The notes beneath the pieces were generated by a model, which was given only the letters and a program-made list of their open reading frames with translations, searched no databases and had not been told where the DNA came from. From Macrostomum lignano (lineage: Eukaryota), in NCBI GenBank assembly GCA_002269645.1, contig NIVC01000416.1, forward strand, positions 310,001 to 374,000: a DNA stretch of 64,000 bases, given 5' to 3'. A program made the position numbers and the translations under genes. Shown piece by piece: positions 1 through 13,000 of the stretch (its first letter is position 1; each line of letters opens with the position of its first letter).

Positions 1-212
1 CCTTAATGGGCATCTGAAGGCTGCGTACGGCTGTTCAGTCCAAGGACTGGGGGGTCGCCACACACACCCTCAATTACCTCAGCTGGGTGAACTCAAGCAA
101 TGCAGAGTCAAGTGTCTTGCTCAAGGACACAAATTGTTCCGAGTGGGTCGAGAATCGAACCCCCGACCTTCAAGTCGTGAGTTTGACGCTTTAACCACTA
201 GGCTACAACCCC
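1..212 (-). mobile_element. tRNA-derived CORE-type SINE, 3' part cut by window edge
   Basis: Minus strand reads A-box TAGCCTAGTGG, B-box GGTTCGATTCT, then GTCCTTGAGCAAGACACTTGACTCTGCATTGCTTGAGTTCACCCAGCTG, resembling the MIR/CORE domain. A second copy lies at 50854-51200. Confidence 0.75.
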
Positions 213-1027
213 TAGTTCTACAAAGATCGACAAAAACTTAAAAATAAATCAAGTAAATAAATGAAGACCAAAAACGCACGTAATCAGCAATTAAATCCCA
301 AACAACCATAAATTAACCTTGTATTTTTATTGAATAAATTCTCAGTAACATTGACAGAAGAAAAAAACACTTAACACGGTTTGAAACTTACTGGACAACA
401 TAGTTATGTATATAGTTTTTTTTTAATTCTGACCACAGATACTATAATAACTAGATGGGCCTCTCAGCACATTTGCGTGTAAGCTACTGTCAGTTTAGTA
501 GTAAGTTGTTAAATAGAAGTATGTTAATGTATTTTTTAAGCCAAGGTTCATTTATTAGCTCTTAACCCCCACTAAATCCTTTAAACGCGACTTATCAAGA
601 CTACCCCTCGCCCCACCCCAAGTTTTATTGCCTTTCTCGGAATTCCAGTCTAAAGCGGCCATGTATATTTCAGTGAACTGGCTAATGTACATTACTGCTG
701 AACCAATTAGCAAGTTGTTCTTCCAAACTTATCAACGTCATTCCAGCTGCCTTTATTTTTATAAAAAAGCTTATGTTTTCTTCTTTGCTACTGAACTGAA
801 AGTAGAAAGCTGTTTTGCATGGCCCATCTAGACATTTTATTGTCTGCGATTCTGACTAACACTTCGAAATCCGATTTTTGATAGACTACTGACTCAAGAG
901 TAGTTTAAGCAAATATTTATATCATAATTGATGATAGAACATCTAGAGATATTTATCTAGGGATACTATAGTCATTAACAATGCCCTACACCATCAGTTA
1001 TTGGAGCTAAGACTAAAAAGTTCTAAT

Positions 1028-4000
1028 CTACCAACGTCCGCCGCGAGCTTTCTTCTTTTTCTGCTGCTGCTGTTGCTGCTTCGGCTTAGTCGCCGTGGCG
1101 GCGGCGGCGGCTGCTCCGGCAGCCGGTTCTGAAGCGGCAGCAGCGGCCGCGGCGGCGCCTTCCGCAGCTTCAGCGGCGGCGGCCATCTGTCTGGCTCGAA
1201 CGTCCAAATCGCCGGAGGCCGCGGTGGCGCCCTGCGGTCCGCGCGTCATCTGCCTGTGCTTGTCCTTCTTCTTGCCCCGATAGTAGGAGCGCTCCCGGCG
1301 GGGCAGCCAGCGCTCGGGGTCGGGCGGCGGCCCGGCAGGATCGAAGTTCTTAGGCAGCTTGCCCTTCTTCTTTTTCTTCTTCTGAGCGGCGGCAGCCGAG
1401 GCTGGCGAAGCGGCGGCCTGCTTAGCCGCTTCTCTGCGGATGCGAGAAATATATTGAATTTGATGAGTTTGTCAACAATGATTGCCGCCGAAGTTGAGAT
1501 ACTGGCGCTTAATTTGAGTTACTGGCGCTAAAGTTGAGATACTGGCGCTAAAGTTAAGATACTGGCGGGTTAAAGTTGAGATACTGGCGCTAAAGTTAAG
1601 ATACTGGCGGGTTAAAGTTGAGATACTGGCGCTAAAGTTGAGATACTGGCGCTAAAGTTGAGATACTGGCGCTAAAGTTGAGATACTGGCGCTGAAGTTG
1701 AGATACTGGCGCTGAAGTTGAGATACTGGCGCTAAAGTTGAGATACTGGCGCTGAAGTTGAGATACTGGCGCTGAAGTTGAGATACTGGCGCTAAAGTTG
1801 AGATACTGGCGCTAAAGTTGAGATACTGGCGCTGAAGTTGAGATACTGGCGCTAAAGTTGAGATACCGGCGCTAAAGTTGAGATACTGGCGCTGAAGTTG
1901 AGATACTGGCGCTAAAGTTGAGATACTGGCGCTGAAGTTGAGATACTGGCGCTAAAGTTGAAATACTGGCGCGTTAAAGTTGAGATACCGGCGCTAAAGA
2001 TTAACTACTGCGCTAAGGGTTAGCTACTGGTGCTAAAGTTGAGATATAATAAACAAGTCAAACTTACTTTTCACCAGATTTAGCCGGTCCAGGAGCCCGC
2101 TTGGCCGAATATTTCGAGCCGAACGCGAACGAGCTTTCCAATTGGTCGGCGTCAAAGTCCACACGAGAGCCGCTAGTGAGAGCCAGCAAGGAGTCGGTTT
2201 CTTTCAATAGGCGCGAAGTCTCTTCAGCTTTGGGCGGATCGAACTGGGCGTAGGCGTGCACCAGAGAGGCGATCAGGCGCTGATCGTTTGGCGTCAGCTG
2301 GAGCAGCTCAGAGTAGAGCGCTGCCGCCGCTGGATAGTTGCCGCCCGACTGCTCGAATCTGGAATTGCATTGTCGCAATTTGCATTGCGAATTAGTACTA
2401 TGGGTACTACTGGACAATGAAATCAGTAGCGAGATTTTAACAGCGTAGGATCTGGAAGGGAGACAATCAGAAGATCTGGGAGGCTGGCCCAGCAGCTGAG
2501 GATCTGGGAGGCTGGCCCAGCAGCTGAGGATCTGGGAGGCTGGCCCAGCAGCTGAGGATCTGGGAGGCTGGCCCAGCAGCTGAGGATCTGGGAGGCTGGC
2601 CCAGCAGCTGAGGATCTGGGAGGCTGGCTCAGCAGCTGAGGATCTGGGAGGCTGGCCTAGCAGCTGAGGATCTGGGAGGCTAGCCCAGCAACTGAGGATC
2701 TGGGAGGCTGGTGGCCCAGCAACTAAGGATCTGAGAGGCTGGCCCAGCAACTGAGGATCTGGGAGGTTGGCAGCCCAGCAACTGAGGATCTGGGAGGCTG
2801 GCCCAACAACTGAGGATCTGGGAGGCTGGCCCAACAACTGAGGATCTGGGAGGCTGGCCCAGCAGCTGAGGATCTGGGAGGCTGGCCCAGCAGCTGAGGA
2901 TCTGGGAGGCTGGCTCAGCAGCTGAGGATCTGGGAGGCTGGCCTAGCAGCTGAGGATCTGGGAGGCTGGCCCAGCAACTGAGGATCTGGGAGGCTGGCAG
3001 CCCAGCAACTGAGGATCTGGGAGGCTGGTGGCCCAGCAACTGAGGATCTGGGAGGCTGGCCCAACAACTGAGGATCTGGGAGGCTGGTGGCCCAGCAACT
3101 GAGGACCTGGGAGGCTGGTGGCCCAGCAACTGAGGACCTGGGAGGCTGGCCCAGCAACTGAGGATCTGGGAGGCTGGCCCAGCAACTGAGGATCTGGGAG
3201 GCTGGTGGCCCAGCAACTGAGGATCTGGGAGGCTGGTGGCCCAGCAACTGAGGATCTGGGAGGCTGGCAGCCCAGCAACTGAGGATCTGGGAGGCTGGCA
3301 GCCCAGCACTGAGGATCTGGGAGACTGGCGCAGCAGCATAGGACACGCACCTAGCGCTGAGCTTGAGCAGTGTCTTGTGCTTCTCATCGTCTGGCTCAGT
3401 CTCGCTGTAGTGCCGCCTAGCGTCGGCCAGAAACTCGGTGACAGCGTCGCGATCTTCAACGCTGGCGTACAATCGCATAACAGCGGAGACGATGCGATCA
3501 GAGAACAGCAAATCTGGCGGCAGCTGTTTCAAAGCTTCGCAGGCTTGCCTAGGCGAACCGGCCTGTGCAAACAGCTGAGCCAGGGCTATGCGAGTCTGCA
3601 CAAAGTCGGGCTGTTGAGCGCACAGCGACTCCAGATAGTTCGTAGCCGAAGCGTTGACGCCGCCACCGGAGGCACCACCGGGAGTGCGCTCGCGAGCCAG
3701 CTGGGCGGCTACGATCAGCGCCAGGGTCTCGTTGTTGGGATCCGATTTTAACAGCTGCTCAGCTGAGCGCTTGCACAGATCGCCTAGGGATTGGAATTCA
3801 GGATGTTTTAATTTATAGTTCAGTTTATTTATATCCTACTATCATGAATAGATTGGACAGTAGTACAGGAGGATACATTGTGTCCTACACTGGGTCCTAG
3901 TACGAGACACAGGGTTCTGCTAAGAGACACGGGGTCCTTCTAAGAGACACAGGGTCCTGCTAAGAGACTCGGGGTCCTGTTAAGAGACACGGGGTCCTGC

Positions 4001-7000
4001 TAAGAGACTCGGGGTCCTTCTAAGAGACACGGGGTCCTGCTAAGAGACTCGGGGTCCTGTTAAGAGACACGGGGTCCTGCTAAGAGACACGGGGTCCTTC
4101 TAAGAGACACGGGGTCCTGCTAAGAGACACAGGGTCCTGCTAAGAGACACGGGGTCCTGTTAAGAGACACAGGGTCCTGCTAAGAGACACGGGGTCCTGC
4201 TAAGAGACACGGGGTCCTGCTAAGAGACACAGGGTTCTGCTAAGAGACTCGGGGTCCTGCTAAGAGACACAGAGTCCTGCTAAGAGACACGGGGTCCTGC
4301 TAAGAGACACGGGGTCCTGCTAAGAGACACAGGGTCCTGCTAAGAGACACAGGGTCCTGCTAAGATACACGGGGTTCTGTTAAGAGACACGGGGTCCTGC
4401 TAAGAGACACGGGGTTCTGCTAAGAGACACGGGGTCCTGCTAAGAGACACGGGGTTCTGTTAAGAGACACAGGGTTCTGTTAAGAGACACAGGGTCCTGC
4501 TAAGAGATACAGTGTCTTCTAAGAGACACAGGGTCCTTCTAAGAGACACGGGGTCCTGCTAAGAGACACGGGGCCCTGTTAAGAGACACGGGGTCCTGCT
4601 AAGAGACACGGGGTCCTGCTAAGAGACACAGGGTTCTGCTAAGAGACTCGGGGTCCTGCTAAGAGACACGGGGTCCTGCTAAGAGACACAGGGTTCTGCT
4701 AAGAGACACGGGGTCCTGCTAAGAGACACGGGGTCCTGCTAAGAGACACAGGGTCCTGCTAAGAGACACGGGGTCCTGCTAAGAGACACGGGGTCCTGCT
4801 AAGAGACACAGGGTCCTGCTAAGAGACACGGGGTCCTGCTAAGAGACACGGGGTTCTGTTAAGAGACACGGGGTCCTGCTAAGAGACACGGGGTCCTGTT
4901 AAGAGACACGGGGTCCTGCTAAGAGACACGGGGTCCTGTTAAGAGACACGGGGTCCTGCTAAGAGACACGGGGTCCTGCTAAGAGACACGGGGTTCTGCT
5001 AAGAGACACGGGGTCCTGCTAAGAGACACGGGGTCCTGCTAAGAGACACGGGGTTCTGTTAAGAGACACAGGGTCCTTCTAAGAGACACGGGGTCCTGCT
5101 AAGAGACACAGGGTCCTGCTAAGAGACACAGGGTCCTGCTAAGAGACACGGGGTCCTGCTAAGAGACACAGGGTCCTTCTAAGAGACACGGGGTCCTGCT
5201 AAGAGACACAGGGTCCTGCTAAGAGACACAGGGTCCTGCTAAGAGACTCAGGGTCCTGCTAAAAGACACAGGGCCCTACTTAAAGACACAGGGCCCTACT
5301 TAAAGCCACAGGGTCCTACTTAAAGACACAGGGTCCTACTTAAAGACACAGGGCCCTACTTAAAGCCACAGGGTCCTACTTAAAGACACAGGGCCCTACT
5401 TAAAGACACAGGGCCCTACTTAAAGCCACAGGGTCCTACTTAAAGCCACAGGGTCCTACTTAAAGACACAGGGTTTTGCTAAGAGACACTGATCTCAAGA
5501 CGAAATTCTATAAAAATCGAAGACAAACCAAGTCATTGAACAATTTGAATATGCGCTCACCTTGATTGCTATACAAATAGACCAGGCACTGGTTCATAGC
5601 GATAGCTTGCTTCTGTTTCTTAGTCAGCTTCTGTTTCAAAGCGTCCCCGCTAGCAAATTTGATTCGCTTCTTGCTGTCGAACAGATTCTGATCCCGATTA
5701 GCGCACACCAGGTTATTAGCGCACACGGCTAGAAGGCTGGCGTCAGCCAGTTTGGCATTGGCAATCGACTGGTAGGTCTTTCTGGCCTCCTGCTGCCGTT
5801 GCTGATTGCCAGTTTTCTGGAAGATGAGTAACAAAGTTCAAATCCATTATTAGCGATGAAATTTATTTCATAAAACCACTCACGATTATCGACTTAGGAA
5901 TTTCTGATTTCTAGGACAACGAAAATCCCAGGATTGGGACACCAGGGGTCTCAGGATTGTCAGGCCATTAGGGGTCTCAGGATTGGGACACCACAGGTCT
6001 CAGGATTGGGACACCACAGGTCTCAGGATTTGGACACCACAGGTCTCAGGATTTGGACACCAGAGGTCTCAGGATTGGGACACCACAGGTCTCAGGATTG
6101 TTAGGACACCAGGAGTCTCAGGATTTGGACACCAGGGGTCTCAGGATTGTCAGGACACCATAGGTCTCAGGATGCATAAAAAGGACCGATTTGATTTCAC
6201 AGCTTTGATTTCAAAGTCATAGAATTAGGTTAGGATTGCGACAAGTTTTAAGATTGGAACGCCAAATATGATACCCAGCAGAACACAAAGGTTTCAGGCT
6301 CATAATATATTTATATTTATAGAATTGTAGCCCACCTGAGCCAGGTAAGCCTGCTGAAACTGTATCGGCGCCAGCTCTTCCATCAGAGTCTCCTGATCGT
6401 CCTCGGCCAGGGCCTCGCGGCAGGCGCGCTCCGCTTCGCTTAACGTCTCGGCCGCTTCGTCTAGACGGCCGCGGCCAATCAGAGCGCAAGCCACGTTATA
6501 AAGTTGGTCGTATGTGTCCCTGGGTAGAAGCGCATTTCAGTGTACCGGTACCAGTTAAAGAACCAGTTTTAGTTGAACTGCTACCCTCTCCAACTCCTGC
6601 TGTTACCCTCCCCAACTCCTGCTGCTACCCTCCCCAACTCCTGCTGCTACCCTCCCCAACTCCTGCTGCTACCCTCCCCAACTCCTGCTGCTACCCTCCC
6701 CAACTCCTGCTGCTACCCTCCCCAACTCCTGCTGCTACCCTCCCCAACTCCTGCTGCTACCCTCCCCAACTCCTGCTGCTACCCTCCCCAACTCCTGCTG
6801 CTACCCTCCCCAACTCCTGCTGCTACCCTCCCCAACTCCTGCTGCTACCCTCCCCAACTCCTGCTGCCACCCTCCCCAACTCCTGCTGCTACCCTCCCCA
6901 ACTCCTGCTGCTACCCTCCCCAACTCCTGCTGCTACCCTCCCCAACTCCTGCTGCTACCCTCCCCAACTCCTGCTGCTACCCTCACTAACTCTCGCTGCT

Positions 7001-10000
7001 ACCCTCCCCAACTCCTGCTGCTACCCTCACTAACTCCTGCTGCTACCCTCCCCAACTCCTTCTGCTACCCTCCCCAACTCCTGCTGCTACCCTCCCCAAC
7101 TCCTGCTGCCACCCTCCCCAACTCCTGCTGCTACCCTCCCCAACTCCTGCTGCTACCCTCCCCAACTCCTGCTGCCACCCTCCCCAATTCCTGCTGCTAC
7201 CCTCCCCAACTCCTGCTGCTACCCTCCCCAACTCCTTCTGCTACCCTCCCCAACTCCTGCTGCTACCCTCCCCAACTCCTGCTGCCACCCTCCCCAACTC
7301 CTGCTGCCACCCTCCCCAACTCCTGCTGCTACCCTCCCCAACTCCTGCTGCTACCCTCCCCAACTCCTGCTGCTACCCTCCCCAACTCCTGCTGCCACCC
7401 TCCCCAATTCCTGCTGCTACCCTCCCCAACTCCTGCTGCTACCCTCCCCAACTCCTGCTGCTACCCTCTCCAACTCCTGCTGCTACCCTCCCCAACTCCT
7501 GCTGCCACCCTCCCCAACTCCTGCTGCTACCCTCCCCAACTCCTGCTGCTACCCTCCCCAACTCCTGCTGCTACCCTCTCCAACTCCTGCTGCTACCCTC
7601 CCCAACTCCTGCTGCTACCCTCCCCAACTCCTGCTGCTACCCTCCCCAACTCCTGCTGCTACCCTCCCCAACTCCTGCTGCTACCCTCCCCAACTCCTGC
7701 TGCCACCCTCCCCAACTCCTGCTGCTACCCTCCCCAACTCCTGCTGCTATCCTCCCCAACTCCTGCTGCTACCCTCCCCAACTCCTGCTGCTACCAAAAG
7801 ACAAATTTACCTGGCCAACAGTTTTATAGCTTCATCCTCATCAGCATCATTCAGTTGTTCAGCGTCGCCAAACAAACACCTGGCGGCGCAGGCGGCAGCC
7901 ATATTAGCTTCGCGTTCTTCGCCATAATCGTCCGCACAATTGCGCACCAGACTGCGGTACAATGCCAGCGATTCGTTGAATCGTTCGAGACGGTAAAGCA
8001 CCTGGCGGAGCAGATATAATTGACTCTTTTAAAAATGTTGGCACGAAAATTCAAGGCTGACTAAACAATAAAAGGACCCATCTATTTATAGACAGTTCAA
8101 GCTGCCGCAATGGCAACCTGCAGCTGGCGAAGATACAAACAGGGCGGCCCTGAATTTGACATCGTCAAATCATGTAGCGTCATAAATCACTGTTGCTTAG
8201 CCAGATAAAAACGGTACCGAGGCCAAGAAGCGTATCAGTCACTTGCGTCGCCCCAGAATCGTTGCAGATAACACAGATAAAATAACAAAGAAGTGACTCA
8301 TTGAGAAGATATCACAGTGAGATTTCACGGCCAACACAAACGATTATTGGACGAGTCTTGTGACTCTTTTAAGATTCTACAACTCACGTGACACACTTGT
8401 GACGCAACAGTCGCCTCTTTGTCTGAGAATCTGGGAGGATGGCCCAGCAACTGAGGATCTGGGGGGCTGGTGGCCCAGCAACTGAGGATCTGGGAGGATG
8501 GCCCAGCAACTGAGGATCTGGGAGGATGGCCCAGCAACTGAGGATCTGGGAGGCTGGTGGCCCAGCAACTGAGGAGCTGGGAGGCTGGAAGCCAAGCAAC
8601 TGAGGATCTGGGAGGCTGGCCCAGCAACTGAGGATCTGGGAGGCTGGTGGCCCAGCAACTGAGGATCTGGGAGGCTGGCCCAGCAACTGAGGATCTGAGA
8701 GGCTGGCCCAGCAACTGAGGATCTGGGAGGACACAGCGACTGAGGATCTGGGAGGATGGTCCAGCAACTAAGGATATGGGAGGCTGGTGGCCCAGCAACT
8801 GAGGATCTGGGAGGCTGGTGGCCCAGCAACTGAGGATCTGGGAGGCTGGCCCAGCAATTGAGGATCTGGGAGGCTGGCCCAGCAACTGAGGATCTGGGAG
8901 GACACAGCGACTGAGGATCTGGGAGGATGGTCCAGCAACTGAGGATCTGGGAGGCTGGTCCAGCAACTGAGGATATGGGAGGCTATGGGAGTCGTTTGAG
9001 TCGTTAAAAAAGTCACAGGAGTTGCCCCAGAGTCGCTAGAGAGTTGTTTGCAACCGACTTTTCAGCGATTCTTCTCACGGTAACGGTTTCAATGGGTAAG
9101 TCCCAAACCCCAGGGACTTACCTCATCATTAGGTACAGCAGAACTCTAACAATGAATAAATCCATATGATTTTGAAAAATCAAACTGCTATTAAATACAG
9201 ACCTGAGCACGCAGCTCCTGATCTCGAGGTGAATCGCAATTCTCCAAACTTGTCAGAGCCTCGGCTAGTCGATTGAGCCGGTACTCACAATAGGCGCGCT
9301 CGAATTTCTGTTCGACGCCAAATTTACTACGACTCGGCTTGAGGTGGTGCAGACAGTCCTCGAACTTGCCCAGATGAATTAGTGCGGCCGTTTTGCATTG
9401 GAATGCTTTCTGCTCATCTGGAGACTCCGATAGCACTGGGGGTGTGACAAGCATTCAAATAATGAATTTAATTAATAAACTGAGCTTTTACCTTGTCTGG
9501 GGATCTTGTTAAAAAAATATTTCTATAATCTAAAGTATCTTGAATTCGAAAAAACTACATGATTTTGAAATTAGCTTTGCCCACTTAGTTTTGCAGATGC
9601 TTTTTGAATAAATTAAGAAATGTATCTACTTACGATATACAAATTTCTTTGTGAATTTATCATGAATAACATTTTTTGTTATTCTATGCCTTAACTCACA
9701 TTTTAATCTAGGTCTTTGCTAGCACTAATATACAAAATCATACCCCAAGGTTCAATTTTAGAATGTGGTTTGGAAAGTCATAGGATACTATATAGATAAT
9801 ATATAATATCCACAATCCACATTACATAAAAAACTAAATAAACATAGCCTAAGTTTATTTACTGGAACTAGGATGCAAAATTGCATGTAAGGTCCAATTT
9901 AAAGGTACAATTTTGAGTCTAGATGATATACAGTATCCCAATTGCACAAAAATGAACCCTAGATTTTAATGCTTAATTTTTATAGTTTAAGTATGTAGTT

Positions 10001-13000
10001 TTTAAACATTAGGGAATAAAAATAAGACATAGACAGCATAGATTAGTTCCAAGAAACTATTCTAATCTAGACTCTAAATAGTATACAAGTATGCCAAAAA
10101 AATCTAGCATAAAGAGGGATCTGGCTTATACTATAGATATACAAATTGGTGTACAGAGGGGCCTGGCATACCCCTTGGTGTACAAGCTTAGCATACAAAG
10201 ATTGTCAAAACAATAGGTGTGACCAATTGTTTTGAGTCCCAAACAATGAACACAGTTGGCATACAAAAAATGATTAAGTTAAAGTTTGGCATAGTGTTTA
10301 TATGCATAGATAGAGTAGCTAAATTTTAATAAAAGAGTTATAGTTTCCAAAAATTCCAAAAATTTGATAATTATTTAATGCAAAACTGATTTCTGTTTTT
10401 TTACAAAGTGAAGGTTTTATTTTTTTCACAAAATGCACAAATTTTGTTTTGGTTCTTTATATATATGAAATGTTACATAGATACCATAGTCAGGAAAAGG
10501 CATATATACTGGAAATATCCTGGGTACACTCAAGAAATTTGGCATATATGTTAGCATACAAAAAGTGATTTTGGGCTTTTGGTATACACATTTAATTTTT
10601 TGGTGTATGATATATACATGATAAAATATATTATCAATAACAGTTACAATAGTTGTATATACATAACATTATATTTATAGTTGTAAAATTTGATAACTAT
10701 TTAATACAAAATTGATTTCCATGTTTTTTTACAAAGTAACATGTTTAAAAAAATGTTTTTGTTTATTTTTATATAAAACTTTATGCAAAAACCATAATTT
10801 TTTGTTTGTAACTTTGTCTAACTAAGATTAAATATAAAATTTGCTCGTATACTGCATAGTAATAATGTTTCAAAGTTGACAATTTGAAGCCTTGTGTAAA
10901 GTAATGTATTTGGCATATATTGGTGTACACAAAAAGATTTGGTTCCTTTTTCCAGGGTACATATACTCGTAAAGTGTTCCAAACTATGGCCTAATACTAT
11001 ATGTTAATGAATATGCCATACTTAGAGACATGGCAGCGGTGTCTATAATGCAGAAACTTATAGACATGGCGGCCGTGTCTCTAATAGTGACTAGGTCCAT
11101 ATTTATAGACACAGCTACCATGTGTATGAGTTTATGCATTATAGACATAGCCACTATGTTTATAAATATTGACCTAGTCACTATTAGAGACATGGCCACT
11201 GTGTTGATGAAACTTGCATGGCAACCATGTCATTAATATTGAATGGGTTCATACTTAGAGACATGGTGGGTGGCCATGTCTATAATATTGGAACTTATAG
11301 GCATGGCTGCTTTGTATATAAGCATTTATATAGAATGCGTGATCTATAGGGCTCTCTCATAAGCAAATGGTAGCTTAGTGGATAAGTTAATTGCCTTGTG
11401 ATTGCCTGAAAAGGTTTGAATCCCAAGTGGTTAAAGTTTTTTTTTTTTTTTGAATTTTTCTAAAACTAAAACAAAATAAAATTTTAGGAGTAACACTTAA
11501 TTTTAAAGTGCCGCTGCAATTATATATATAGCTATTGAAAAAAAAAATTTCAATACATATCAGCTACACTTTACCATGAGTTAAACATTATATCTTAATA
11601 TATTATCTTTAAGATCTGTTAATTAATTCATTAATAAACAATTCATTTTAAGACTTTTAGACCATAGAGAAAGCTAATTTTTTTAATACTTACAAAACAA
11701 AAAGTAATCTATGTTTTACTTTTTATTTTATTTGAAAAGATGAAATATTTCTAAGGATTTAAAAGTTTTTCTAAAACCACATAAACTTGTGAAAATCATA
11801 CTAATTTAAAGTGCAAAGTTTGCCAGCAAATATCTTTCTCTAAAAGTAAATATACCACTAATTCCTTGTTGCAAAATAATCTTCAAGTTGTTTTTTTCAT
11901 TTAAATATCAACTTGCATAGTATTAGTGTATGTAATATGCCTATACTTAGACTTAAAAATTTCAAGTAAAAAATGATACCACAAAATATGAACCCAACAT
12001 CCAAATCAAATGCTTCCTGTAGGCTTATGAGACAACAAAGAACAATTAAATTAAACTTAAATATGTATCATTGCGGCATGTATACAGGAAAAAAGAATTT
12101 TCCAAATTGCTTTAGTAGAAGCTGAGTAAAATGCAATTTTCCAATCCTTATGGTAGTGATGGATCAAAATTCAATTTTGATTTCAATATTCCCAATTTTG
12201 AAACTAATTTTGCATCAACAAAATTTTGATTTAAATTTCGAATTTCGACACCATTCATGAAAAATCATTTCGAAATTTTGGTTATATATTAAGAATTTAG
12301 ACATTGATCATGCTACACAAGTAAGAAAATCTATAGGAAGTGAAAGAAAGTGCGGTTCAAAGACTCAGTGGGGAGGTGAGCATGCATGCGCAACTTTGGG
12401 AATCACCCTGCCATTTCTATTGGCAACACACACATGTAAATCACTATTGGCTGATACAAGTCACGTGACTACTTTTTCGTCCAATAGCAACTTACATGTG
12501 TGTGTTGCCAATAGAAACGGCCAAGTGAATCCCAAGGTTGCGCCCAAGCATGGAAGTGAAAATCGCCTTTTCTATAAGAAAAGATTGTGCGAGGCACACA
12601 CTGTTCCAGGCCTTGTGCTGCACCCACCTCAACCTCCATAAGCCCATTGGCTGAACTCATCGGTGTGGATTTTATTTGGTTAAAGACTTAAAGCCTTAAT
12701 GAAATGGATATAGGCTACTCATATCTAGATCTTCAGCTTAAATAGTGGTGAAGTATAATACAACTTCTATATTTCTATGTATGAGTGTATAATATATAAT
12801 ACACTAGCATTTTCTATTTTGTATTTTTAAAGTAAGTTAAATTCTGGTTTAAACATATCAAAGATACTTTTTATAAAACATGTAAGCTCATACATGCAGA
12901 GGCAAGGTGTTAACCTCTTTGCATGATTAGCAAAAAAGTAAAAATTTGTTAAGCTCAAAAAATTCAATTTTGAATTAGATTTCAATTTTGATTTTGATTT

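Noticed and set aside
11355-11425. tRNA-like A/B boxes here and at 14.3, 50.9 and 52.6 kb
   Set aside because: No convincing cloverleaf; they run into SINE bodies or are degenerate, so they are not called tRNA genes.
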